This document shows positions 9,690 through 19,181 of a stretch of 64,000 bases of DNA, piece after piece. The DNA is from an uncultured Balneolaceae bacterium (GTDB lineage Bacteria; Bacteroidota; Rhodothermia; Balneolales; Balneolaceae), in the NCBI GenBank assembly GCA_913057825.1, contig CAJXOW010000007.1, positions 906-64,905 of the forward strand, read 5' to 3'. A model generated the notes under the pieces. It was not told the origin of the DNA, searched no databases, and worked only from the letters and a program-made list of their open reading frames with translations. The position numbers were made by a program, and so were the translations under genes. Within the stretch, counting starts at the first letter, position 1, and every line of letters begins with the position of its first letter.

Positions 9690-11276
9690 CTACAATCCGA
9701 TGCTGTGTTTCAAGCCGGCAGCGAGTGACTTCCACCAGTAGTTAAACATAGACCTCTTCCGGTTTCGGCGAACCGAAATTTCTCCTACCCGAAGCGGCTC
9801 CTGATTTTCGGATTTTACCTTCAATGCGTTGGCAAGAAAGGATGCAATGATCTGGTGACCGGTATCGCCGATATCTCCCTTATTAAGTATCTCTATATTT
9901 AAGCCGCTGTAATCCATTTTAACTTTACCTGCCGACTGCTGCGGCCCCAATTCCATATCAAAGTTCAAAGAATTTATTACTCCGCTTTTAACCCGGACCA
10001 ATAAGAGCGGCTCGAGTATCGGATTTAATTTGCTCATCTGTAAACTATCCACCGATCCCCGAAGCCTGTGACGGCCATCTTGATTCATGGGAAACCATGC
10101 ATTTAGTTTCAAACGAGCTGACTGCATGACCCTTGCTTGCAGGTCCAGTTCCACGGTGCTTTGACGCTCTATATTACGGGCTTTGTTGGTAATTCCCTGG
10201 AGGATAGCCGTGATGTCCGAAAAAGTTATCCGGCCGGGATGGGCTATCTCTTCTCTCTGTTCCAGGTAGGAAATGGTACTGCCTTCAATTTGAACTGTAT
10301 CCACTTTCACGAAGGTCGGAAGTTCATTTAAGCTGACATGCGGCAACTGCTTGATCGTCGTGTCCATCGGACGCGCCTTATCGTGAAATACGACCAGGTC
10401 GGCTTTTTCGATCAACAGTTTTCCCATGTCAATTTCCCCCTCGATCATCTGCTTCACATCCAGATCGATCGCCCGTATGCGCGGTATCACCAAATCCACC
10501 CGGTCCGCTTCATGCCCCACCCGTCGTGAAAAGGTATGGCGGGGTAATTGAGGAATCAGCCGGAGCGACCTCGAAGTGCACTCCTTGTTCGAGACATCGC
10601 AACGGGCCTCATCCACCTTTAACACATATAAATCATTCTGAAAATGATACCCCCCCTCTTTGATCTCGATATCGAAATCCCGATAACTGAATGGCATTGT
10701 TTTACCGGGAGCATGCGGTCGCCGGAGTTCCGCCAGGCTCATGTCAATACGGCCTACTTTCAACTGTATATTCCCCGACTTATCCAGCAATTGAATCGTC
10801 CCCCCTCGAATGTTGGCTTCTTGAATGAACCATTGAAAAGAAGTATCCACTTCCGATACAAGCGAGGTATCTTTCTTTAGCTGTTGGAGGTAGTCCCATC
10901 GGACTTTCAGCACGGGTCGTATAACATTCACCCTCCCCACCCGCATTGTCCCCGTCCACCAATAGTCCAACAGATGAATTCCTCCCATTTCCAGTTTATC
11001 TGCTTGAAGATACGCGGATGAAGTATCCGCCGTTAAGCTTTCGACCCGTGGATTTCGGAGCGTAACAGAGCGGTTAAACAAGCTGGTCGATACAGACTCC
11101 ACCGAAAGTCGCATCTTACCCTTCGATTCCTGTCGAACCACTTCCTGAAGGCGGTGCTTGATATACGGATTCAGCGACCAATGGGCATAAATCCAATACA
11201 ACCCGAACAATCCCACTATTCCCAGGACGACCGGGATTACTATGCGCTGCCAATATTCTTTTTTACTCTCCTTCAT
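9690..11276 (-). CDS. Hypothetical membrane-anchored protein (single N-terminal TM, possibly AsmA/DUF748-like)
   Basis: Long ORF. The start was chosen at MKESKKEYWQRIVIPVVLGIVGLFGLYWIY rather than the upstream ATG at 11336. The family assignment is tentative. Confidence 0.55.
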   Translation of the reverse strand: MKESKKEYWQRIVIPVVLGIVGLFGLYWIYAHWSLNPYIKHRLQEVVRQESKGKMRLSVESVSTSLFNRSVTLRNPRVESLTADTSSAYLQADKLEMGGIHLLDYWWTGTMRVGRVNVIRPVLKVRWDYLQQLKKDTSLVSEVDTSFQWFIQEANIRGGTIQLLDKSGNIQLKVGRIDMSLAELRRPHAPGKTMPFSYRDFDIEIKEGGYHFQNDLYVLKVDEARCDVSNKECTSRSLRLIPQLPRHTFSRRVGHEADRVDLVIPRIRAIDLDVKQMIEGEIDMGKLLIEKADLVVFHDKARPMDTTIKQLPHVSLNELPTFVKVDTVQIEGSTISYLEQREEIAHPGRITFSDITAILQGITNKARNIERQSTVELDLQARVMQSARLKLNAWFPMNQDGRHRLRGSVDSLQMSKLNPILEPLLLVRVKSGVINSLNFDMELGPQQSAGKVKMDYSGLNIEILNKGDIGDTGHQIIASFLANALKVKSENQEPLRVGEISVRRNRKRSMFNYWWKSLAAGLKHSIGL

Positions 11277-11680
11277 TTGATCAACCCCATTGGTCGATTT
11301 AGTATTTGCACCATACCGGGCGGCCCAACATACCACCCCGGTATGGTCAAAAGCCTCGATCCTCTTTCATAGCGGAAATTTATTTTCTTAAACCCAATAT
11401 TCTTAAAATGCCTGATATTGATTTAAAAACAAAAGCGATAAACAACAGGGACAACTGCTGGTAAGTGCTGACGTGTTTGCTTGCTTCTAAATAACGGAAC
11501 TTGTATTGTAAATAAGTTGACGAATTGAGTCCTCTCGAGGGGCATCTTCATAGCAAGCATCGCGCGGATCATTATAGGATCCTCCAGGGGAGATCCACTT
11601 GGCATTTAGCCTTTTATCCGATCAACAATATAGTTCAGGCAACATAACAGCCGTTACAAACCACCCAACTTGAAAATGTC

Positions 11681-12916
11681 ATGAGACAAACATCCACTTT
11701 TTCAGTTGTTACTGTTTATATTTCATTTTTATGGGCTTTCACTACTGTTTTTTTCGCTGACGGCGGAGTGCTTCACGCCCAGGACGGCTGAAATGCCCTG
11801 CAAAGTCTGACCCGCATCCATGAAGATGTAGAAAGCAAACGTATTAGCAGCTATAACCGGTCCGGCGCCAACCGTGACCGGGTTGAAGACATTGCTGACG
11901 GTGAAAAACTCACGCTGATGGACGTAGAGGGAACTGGAATTATCAATCATATATGGATTACGATTGCTCCCCCCAACATTGATCGCAACGATATTATCCT
12001 GCGCATGTATTGGGATGGAGAACAAAAACCCAGCGTAGAGTCACCGATCGGTCCTTTTTTCGGTCAGGGGTGGAGCGAGCACTACCCCTTCAAATCGATG
12101 CCGCTGGCCGTGACTCCCCGCGACGGACGGTCGCTGGTAAGTTACTTTCAGATGCCGTTCTCCGAGCGGGCTCGCATCGAAATTGAAAACCAGACCGGTG
12201 AACCGATACGGGCGTTCTATTACTACATAGACTATGAGCAACATGCAGAATTGCCCCAAAACACCGGCCGATTTCACGCCTGGTACAACCGGGAAGTCAC
12301 CACATCGCTCGAAGGGTCAAAGCATGGAATAAAGGACGACTTCGAGGGTCTCTCCCACAACCTGCGCGATGAACAAAACACCACCCCTGAAGAAAATTAC
12401 CTCATTGCTGATATTAAAGGGAAGGGACACTTTGTCGGTGTGAACTACTACGTACAATCCCCCACCCCGGTCTGGTATGGAGAGGGAGACGACATGTTCT
12501 GGATCGACGGCGAAGAGGATCCCTCGCTTTACGGCACCGGTACCGAAGATTATTTCAATACGGCGTGGGTCCCGAAGGACACCTACAAACATCCCTACTT
12601 CGGATACGCACGTCAGCCGCAATCGATCGGCTGGTTGGGACGGGCCCATGCCTACCGGTTTCATATCACCGACCCGGTTTACTTCGACACCTCCCTGCAG
12701 TTTTCGATCGAACACGGTCATAACAACAATCTGAGCCTGGACCTGGCTTCCGTGGCTTACTGGTACCAAAAAGAGCCGCACAAACCTTTTCCATCCCTAC
12801 CTGGTCCGGAAGCGCGAGAATCCCGCCCGCAAATTGGACCGCGCGATATCCATCAATGGCGCATGGAGTGGCTGCAGCAACACGCGGATTCTGCGGATAC
12901 GTGGGGAGCGCCGTAA
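11681..12916 (+). pseudogene. DUF2961 / glycoside hydrolase family 172-like gene interrupted by an in-frame TGA at 11789-11791
   Basis: ATG at 11681 encodes a signal-peptide-like MRQTSTFSVVTVYISFLWAFTTVFFADGGVLHAQDG, then TGA. The same frame continues NALQSLTRIHEDVESKRISSYNRSGANRDRVEDIADGEKLTLMDVEGTGIINHIWITI..., which is DUF2961-like. The first ATG after the stop is at 11918, inside the conserved region. Confidence 0.65.
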
Positions 12917-13025
12917 AATTGAATCGGAATTTTAGAAATTTTTTTCACATCATTAGATAAATGGAATCTCTGAAAAACCCGATCCCGTAAGTCTACATTT
13001 GCCCATTGAATAAAATTTCATCAGT

Positions 13026-14513
13026 ATGAGCGACAAAAACTACTCACGCCGCAAGTTTTTGAAAACCGTTGGATCCGCTACCGCTGCACTCCCATTTTTG
13101 AGTGCTCCCACCTCGTTCGAAAAGAAAGTGGAGCGCGATGAGGAAATGGATCAACATAACGTGATCTTTATTTTGAGTGACGATCACCGGTGGGATTTTA
13201 TGAGTCACATGAACACCCCGAATTTCCTGGAAACTCCCAATATGGACCGGATGATCGAGGGCGGGGTGCATCTGGAAAATGCGTACGTCACGACCTCTTT
13301 GTGCTCTCCCAGCCGGGCCTCGATTCTGACGGGTTTGTATACCCACAATCACGGGGTGGCCGACAACCAGACGCTGGTGCCGGAGGAGTTGACGTTCTTT
13401 CCGGAAATGCTCCGGGAAGCGGGATACGAAACGGCCTTTGTAGGCAAGTGGCACATGGGTCACTCGAGTGCCGAGCCGCGTCGTGGGTTCGATCACTGGG
13501 TGAGTTTTCGGGGGCAAGGTACCTACTTCAATCCCACGCTTAATGTAAACGGCGAACAGGTCCGGAGAAAGGGATATATCACCGATATTCTAACCGATTA
13601 CGCCCTCGAGTGGCTCAACCGGGATCATGATAAACCGTTCTTCCTGTTTCTATCCCACAAGGCGGTACATGCCGGATTTCGACCCGCCCCGCGTCACAAG
13701 GGCAAATACTCCGACGTCCGACTGGATCTGCCTCCGACGTATGCCGACACCGAGGAGAACTACCGCGGAAAACCCGAATGGGTAAAACGGCAACGCAACA
13801 GTTTTCACGGGGTGGACTATACGTTTCACGGAAACCAGTCGTTCGAAGAGGTGTATCGGGGCTACTGTGAGTCGCTGCTGGCCTTGGACGAGGGTATCGG
13901 TGAAGTATTGGACTGGGTAGACGCATCGGATGACGCCGACCAAACCCTGACCATGTATATGGGAGATAACGGGTTCTGCCTCGGGGAACACGGACTCATC
14001 GACAAGCGTCACATGTACGAACCCTCCATTCGCGTCCCCCTGATCGCATACGGGCCCGGCATAATAGAGAAAGGAGTGAAAGTTGATGAGATGGTTCAGA
14101 ACATTGACCTCACTCCCACCATACTCGAGGCGGCAGGACTCAAAGCTCCGGAGGAGATGGATGGGCGTTCCTTTTTCCCCTTGTTGCAGGGTGACTCCAC
14201 TGGCGATTGGCGCAAAGAGATCTTTTACGAATATTTCTGGGAATACGCGTTTCCGCACACCCCGACCGTCTTCGGCGTGAAGACCCAAAAGTATAAATAC
14301 ATGTATTATCACGGCATATGGGATATCAATGAGCTTTATGATATGGAAAATGATCCCCACGAACAGTTTAACCTGATCGACCATCCCGAGATGACGAAGC
14401 TGAAAAGAGATCTCCGGGAACGTGTTTTCGACTGGCTGGAACGCACCGGCGGCATGCAAATTCCGCTGCGACCACCCGGCAACTGGCGAGCAGATCGGTA
14501 TTTGCTGGATTAG
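13026..14513 (+). CDS. Sulfatase (formylglycine-dependent; Tat-type signal)
   Basis: SRRKFLKTVGSATAA twin-arginine leader. Active-site signature CSPSRASILTG. GKWHMG motif. Confidence 0.9.
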   Translation: MSDKNYSRRKFLKTVGSATAALPFLSAPTSFEKKVERDEEMDQHNVIFILSDDHRWDFMSHMNTPNFLETPNMDRMIEGGVHLENAYVTTSLCSPSRASILTGLYTHNHGVADNQTLVPEELTFFPEMLREAGYETAFVGKWHMGHSSAEPRRGFDHWVSFRGQGTYFNPTLNVNGEQVRRKGYITDILTDYALEWLNRDHDKPFFLFLSHKAVHAGFRPAPRHKGKYSDVRLDLPPTYADTEENYRGKPEWVKRQRNSFHGVDYTFHGNQSFEEVYRGYCESLLALDEGIGEVLDWVDASDDADQTLTMYMGDNGFCLGEHGLIDKRHMYEPSIRVPLIAYGPGIIEKGVKVDEMVQNIDLTPTILEAAGLKAPEEMDGRSFFPLLQGDSTGDWRKEIFYEYFWEYAFPHTPTVFGVKTQKYKYMYYHGIWDINELYDMENDPHEQFNLIDHPEMTKLKRDLRERVFDWLERTGGMQIPLRPPGNWRADRYLLD

Positions 14514-14744
14514 TGGGGATGCTGGTCCCGGCCATGATACGCTGGCCCGCTCAAATCAAATCGCACCAGGTTTCTGACGCGATGGTAGCCAGCCCGGATA
14601 TTTACGAAGGGCTCTAATAAATGAAGGTTGCAAACGTTTATCTACTTAACCCGGTTTAACGGGTAATAGTGAGTTTCGGGATTAATATTTCTGCTTTTAT
14701 CGACCCTTTCATCATAAAATTATCACACTCAACTGTTAATATTC

Positions 14745-15737
14745 TTGAAGGCCGAGCACAAGGGCATCATTTTTCACCATGGGCTGCTTTTCATCTTCAC
14801 GTTTTTCTGGGGTGCCAACTTTATCCTGGCCGAAATTGCTCTTCGAGAAATGATGCCGATCTCCTTCAGCGTCTCACGTTTTGCCATGGGAGGCGTAACC
14901 ATGTTGAGTATTCTGTACCTGCAGGGTTATTACGACAGTGTTAAAAACGGAACTCCATTTACCTTCCTGCCCCGTGTAGAAAAACAAGATTGGACTCGTT
15001 TACTCATTATCTCCGTGGCCGGTGCCACGTTGGCTCCCTGGCTGGGCATCGAGGGACTGAAGCTGACCCACGGAGCCCGGGCATCGCTCTGGCTGGCACT
15101 GGGTCCGGCTCTGAGCACCGGGATGGGCTACCTGTTCAGCACCGAGAAAATGGGCAGATATGGATTCATCGGTATCCTCTTGGCCGTTCTGGGCACTCTT
15201 ACGCTTACGTACGACGGACTTCGGATTGGTGAGTCCTACTGGATGGGGGATATATTGCTGTGCCTTGCTCTTTCCATGGCGGTCCTGGAATTGCATCTGA
15301 TCAAACCCCTGGCTTCGAAATACGGAGCCATCAGCATGGTCTCGATGCGTACTCTTCTCGGGGGATCCCTTTATTTACTGATCGCCTCACCCAGTTTAGT
15401 GCAGGAGGCGTGGCTTTCATTCGGATTTTGGACCTGGTTTGCCATACTCGCCGGAGGTGGGATCGGAGTCGGATTCGGCCAATGGATCAAAGTGCGTGCC
15501 TTGCGTTCGCTTGGTCCCACCCAGGTTGTTATTTATGGCAATTTGGTTCCACTAACCGCCATCCTGATTGCCTGGCTTTCTATCGGAGAAAATCCGACCC
15601 ACTACGAACTGGTAGCCGGAGCCTTAATTATTACCGGCGCTATCTTTATTCAAGTTATCGATACGGTTCATGCCGCCTCCACCTCCGAAACCGACCAAGA
15701 ATCACTATCACTTATTTCGGGATCGAGCCGGGAGTAA
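14745..15737 (+). CDS. EamA/DMT-family transporter
   Basis: About 10 TM helices arranged as two EamA-like halves. TTG start as given in the ORF track. Confidence 0.7.
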   Translation: MKAEHKGIIFHHGLLFIFTFFWGANFILAEIALREMMPISFSVSRFAMGGVTMLSILYLQGYYDSVKNGTPFTFLPRVEKQDWTRLLIISVAGATLAPWLGIEGLKLTHGARASLWLALGPALSTGMGYLFSTEKMGRYGFIGILLAVLGTLTLTYDGLRIGESYWMGDILLCLALSMAVLELHLIKPLASKYGAISMVSMRTLLGGSLYLLIASPSLVQEAWLSFGFWTWFAILAGGGIGVGFGQWIKVRALRSLGPTQVVIYGNLVPLTAILIAWLSIGENPTHYELVAGALIITGAIFIQVIDTVHAASTSETDQESLSLISGSSRE

Positions 15738-15811
15738 CATATAGGTCCAAAATTAGGGCTCCACGGGGAAGGTCCTCTCCTTGTCCATCCCGAATTACGG
15801 GAATGGTCAGC

Positions 15812-15874
15812 CTTCTTTTCGTTTAATTTGCACTATTTGTCCTCCCCCCTTCCCCCTCCAAAGCAGGATTTTTT
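15812..15874 (+). repeat. C-run motif element, copy R1 (degenerate 3' hairpin)
   Basis: CTTCTTTTCGTTTAATTTGCACTATTTGTCCTCCCCC is identical over 37 nt to 18681-18717. It is followed by TTCCCCCTCCAAAGCAGGATTTTTT. Confidence 0.7.
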
Positions 15875-15884
15875 AATAACCGAA

Positions 15885-18371
15885 TTAAAATATTTGTCCG
15901 ACGCCAATTCCCACCTGCCAGGAGGGTTCGTCCAGTCGTCGTACTACATCCAACCGGAACCAACCCAGGAAACGATTGATCGATACTCCTACCTCGGTGT
16001 GCCAGCCGTCTGTGGTTCTGAACATATCAGCATTAGATGAAAGCGAGGGGTCCATCCAGGTCCGGGCGGCTCCCCCAAACAGGATCAATCCCCAATCGCG
16101 CTCCGCCAAACCCCGAAGTCCCAATAGTTCAAATGGGACGGTCTGAAAATTGTGCTCGGCAATGACACTAACGTACTGCCGGCCTTCGTAGGGCCGAAAT
16201 GAAATGCTTCGCAGGGTCCCGTTCGGATTCAGCACTCCGAAGCTTGCATCCACCACCCCGTGCGACTGTACCGGTACGGATCCCGCGAAAGTTCCGGCAT
16301 CCACATACCACGTAAGCCGATTGGGCTGCAGCCGGCGTTGAAGAAACGTCGGGAAACTCCAGGTAGCGTCCAGGTCGAATCGAGTGTAGTTGAAATCTCC
16401 TCCCAGCGGCTCACTCGCAATAGTTGTGGACAGTCGAAGTCTGTTCTCCGTTGAGAACCCGAAATCACTCTCCCCGAAATTGCCATATTCAATATAGGCT
16501 TCAGTTGCCGCCAGGCGTCCTTCGTTAATCGTGGGATTAATTCGTTGCCGGTTATTTCGCCCCAGCAGATCGTAGCTGGTAATTCCTACGAGCGACCGGT
16601 GCGCCTCATTGATATAATCCATCCCCACTTTCCAGGTGGTATTTGGCAAATCAAATCCGATCACGCCGCGGAATCCCTCGTCACGGAAATAATCAAAATA
16701 ATCGGGATAGCCGGTCAACGGAAGCACACTGGCGAACATCATTCCGTAGATATCCGAATCATAACGGGTATCGGTTTCGGCATGATAATTGGCTTTGAAT
16801 TCCCAACCCGCTCTTTGATAACGAAGGGCGGCGCGATATCCGGCTTGTTCTGTTCCCCAGCTATATCCACCGGCCACCGTATATTGCCAATGGTCGAACG
16901 GAGATCGCCGAAGGTGTCCACCCAGGTACAACGCATCCACCCGGTTAAATCGAATACGGGGCTCGAAGCCAACCTTGTCAAGTTCAACCCCGTTCAAAAA
17001 GCCTTCTCCCTCTCTACTGTCATTTTCCTCATCATCCTCCATTGCCCAACGAGCCAGGGCTCCTTCCGGCTTAAAGGCTTTCTCGAGCGTATAGGTGCTG
17101 TCGATCGACGCATACGCTCTCTCCTCTTCATCTGTCAGGGGGATGGGTTCGATTTTTTGGGTCCACAACGAATCGCTTGCATAACGGGTGGTATCGTACA
17201 CCCATTTGTTATCACTTTGATAGAGTGAATCCGGCAAGCTGGTATTCAATTCGTAGTCCGTAATGCGGGAAACATGCTTGAAATGGATCCACGGCAATTC
17301 GAGTCCAATCATTTTCAGCTTCACCCCTCCTTCAATTCGCATATCAACCGGCAACCAGACCTGCTCTTCAAACTCGTTAAACTGCTGCCGGTAGCTCAGG
17401 TCGAATCCCCGGATCGGCCGCGGCATATTGACGACATCGTTCGGCTCCAGTTCCACCTTCAACAACGCAAAGGGATCGTCCAACACAAACACCCTCCCCG
17501 TAAACGCCGGTACAAGTCTCCTGCGCGGATGCAGCTTGATCACATAAACGGCCTTTTCATCTATTCTCCGCTGCTCAACCACTTCAAAATCGTAGTACTT
17601 AGTAGCGTCGGGATGCGTCGGTCCGACAGCTCGATAACCCGCTATTTCGATTTCATCGTCATAGAAATTCGGTACATACCGTACCCCGGCGGCGAAATCC
17701 ATCGACGCTATATTCTTCGTTTTATGCTCTGACAGAATAACCTCCCGGTGCCCCTTGCCTTTCTTCCAAAAAATCCGCGAGACAGACTCGTTAATTGACA
17801 CAATCGCGGTATCGTTAGCCAGCGTCTGACGGGAGTAGGCCGTTGCCTTGTAATTTGCTAACTTCCTGCGCATCAACATCTTATAGGTTATAACCTTACG
17901 CATAATATCCTCTCCGGTCAACGGCGTAACCACCACCTCCTCCATTTCCAGCCGGGCGGGTTTCAGACTGATTGTGAGGGGATGGTCCGATGCCGCCCGG
18001 ACGACTTGCTGCCGCGTATGATAGCCGAGGTGGCGGACCATAATAGTGTCCGGCCAATGATCCAATGAAAGAGTGAATTTCCCCTGTGCATTGGTGATGG
18101 TCCCCCGGGTTGTGTTCTTTACCCAAACGTGGGCGGAGGGAAGGGTGGTTTTAGTTTGAGCATCTATCACTTCCCCTTCTACCTGCTGGGCGGAAGCCGG
18201 GAAAACGAACACCAGTTGTATAAAGGCGATCAGCATCCCAACCGCCCCCCACCTTCGGCTCCATCCATTGCCCCAACTTCGTCTTTTTCCAGCTTGCAGT
18301 AGCGGCATTAGCTCTTCATCACTTGCTTCCTCACCATTAACGAGTGTCGCTTTAATCCCATGAACACACAT
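15885..18371 (-). CDS. Carboxypeptidase-regulatory-like domain / DUF5686-type outer-membrane protein
   Basis: N-terminal CarboxypepD_reg-like segment (VEGEVIDAQTKTTLPSAHVWVKNTTRGTITNAQGKFTLS), then a long beta-rich region ending in ...GIGVGQIF. The true start is probably internal (M at 18308 or 18236). Confidence 0.6.
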   Translation of the reverse strand: MCVHGIKATLVNGEEASDEELMPLLQAGKRRSWGNGWSRRWGAVGMLIAFIQLVFVFPASAQQVEGEVIDAQTKTTLPSAHVWVKNTTRGTITNAQGKFTLSLDHWPDTIMVRHLGYHTRQQVVRAASDHPLTISLKPARLEMEEVVVTPLTGEDIMRKVITYKMLMRRKLANYKATAYSRQTLANDTAIVSINESVSRIFWKKGKGHREVILSEHKTKNIASMDFAAGVRYVPNFYDDEIEIAGYRAVGPTHPDATKYYDFEVVEQRRIDEKAVYVIKLHPRRRLVPAFTGRVFVLDDPFALLKVELEPNDVVNMPRPIRGFDLSYRQQFNEFEEQVWLPVDMRIEGGVKLKMIGLELPWIHFKHVSRITDYELNTSLPDSLYQSDNKWVYDTTRYASDSLWTQKIEPIPLTDEEERAYASIDSTYTLEKAFKPEGALARWAMEDDEENDSREGEGFLNGVELDKVGFEPRIRFNRVDALYLGGHLRRSPFDHWQYTVAGGYSWGTEQAGYRAALRYQRAGWEFKANYHAETDTRYDSDIYGMMFASVLPLTGYPDYFDYFRDEGFRGVIGFDLPNTTWKVGMDYINEAHRSLVGITSYDLLGRNNRQRINPTINEGRLAATEAYIEYGNFGESDFGFSTENRLRLSTTIASEPLGGDFNYTRFDLDATWSFPTFLQRRLQPNRLTWYVDAGTFAGSVPVQSHGVVDASFGVLNPNGTLRSISFRPYEGRQYVSVIAEHNFQTVPFELLGLRGLAERDWGLILFGGAARTWMDPSLSSNADMFRTTDGWHTEVGVSINRFLGWFRLDVVRRLDEPSWQVGIGVGQIF

Positions 18372-18680
18372 ATATTTTACATTTTTAATAATTTAATAAT
18401 CAATAATCGAGTGGAATATGCCCGGGCTGTTAGATTTTCGGCTAATAAAAAAGAGGGTTCTTACTCTCTCTATACATACGTCAATAATCGATTAGATGTT
18501 GCGTGTACAGAATTTTTATTTGCCATTAGTAATAGCCCCCTTTCTTATCCTCTACTAATTTAGGAGTCTGTTGAAATTTCACAATTCTACCTCAAAAAAG
18601 CTTACCTCTCCCGACAGTAATCGCTGCCTATCACGAAAACTATTGGTAACAGGCATCCGCGTAATATTGGGATAGATGAT

Positions 18681-18770
18681 CTTCTTTTCGTTTAATTTGC
18701 ACTATTTGTCCTCCCCCTTTTTCCACCTAAATTACTTGGATGGGATCTTTCCTCTCCAAACTCTAGATTC
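18681..18770 (+). repeat. C-run motif element, copy R1b (degenerate)
   Basis: Same 37-nt prefix as 15812-15848, followed by TTTTTCCACCTAAATTACTTGGATGGGATCTTTCCTCTCCAAACTC. Confidence 0.65.
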
Positions 18771-18790
18771 TGGTTGACTCGTGGAGAGCT

Positions 18791-18854
18791 TTGTCCTCCC
18801 CCTGGTTCCGACGATTGTCGGAACCTTCCCCCTCCGAAGGGGGATTTCTTTTAT
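18791..18854 (+). repeat. C-run motif element, copy R2 (complete, with a terminator-like 3' hairpin)
   Basis: TTGTCCTCCCCCTG, then hairpin GGTTCCGAC-GATT-GTCGGAACC, then TTCCCCCTCCGAAGGGGGA, then TTTCTTTTATTT. Confidence 0.7.
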
Positions 18855-19181
18855 TTGGCTTGTACCTATTATATTTACAGGATCAACTCGGTCAAATTAG
18901 TGCATGTTTTGGAGGGATTCTCTTCAAGTTTCCTTTTTTATAATAGATACTGTGAAAATTCGTTAAATTAACTTCGTACCGTAGGCAGATTGGGTTTTCG
19001 ACCCGAGCCGCAAATACAACCTGAAATAGCGTCATATAACTACTTTCAGAATGTGCTACTGATTGTGGTTTCGCATGATTACTTAACAGTTGGATTATCA
19101 ACAGCTTCATAGGAACCCAATAAATTCTGTCCGATTCGATAAGGAACAGGTTAAATTAATTAAAGTAGACTGATACCAGTT

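Noticed and set aside
11789-11791. Selenocysteine decoding of the in-frame TGA in the GH172-like gene.
   Set aside because: The codon sits at the signal-peptide/mature-domain junction of a secreted glycosidase-like protein. I know of no selenoprotein precedent there, and I see no obvious stem-loop immediately downstream. A nonsense mutation or sequencing error is more parsimonious.
18372-19181. Possible oriC in the 810-nt AT-rich spacer upstream of mnmG. The 549-nt spacer between gyrB and rpmB (27611-28159) was considered for the same reason.
   Set aside because: I found only isolated weak DnaA-box-like strings (TTATCCTCT near 18546, CCATCCACA near 28000) and no cluster of TTATCCACA-type boxes. 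The parS sites indicate proximity to the origin, not the origin itself.
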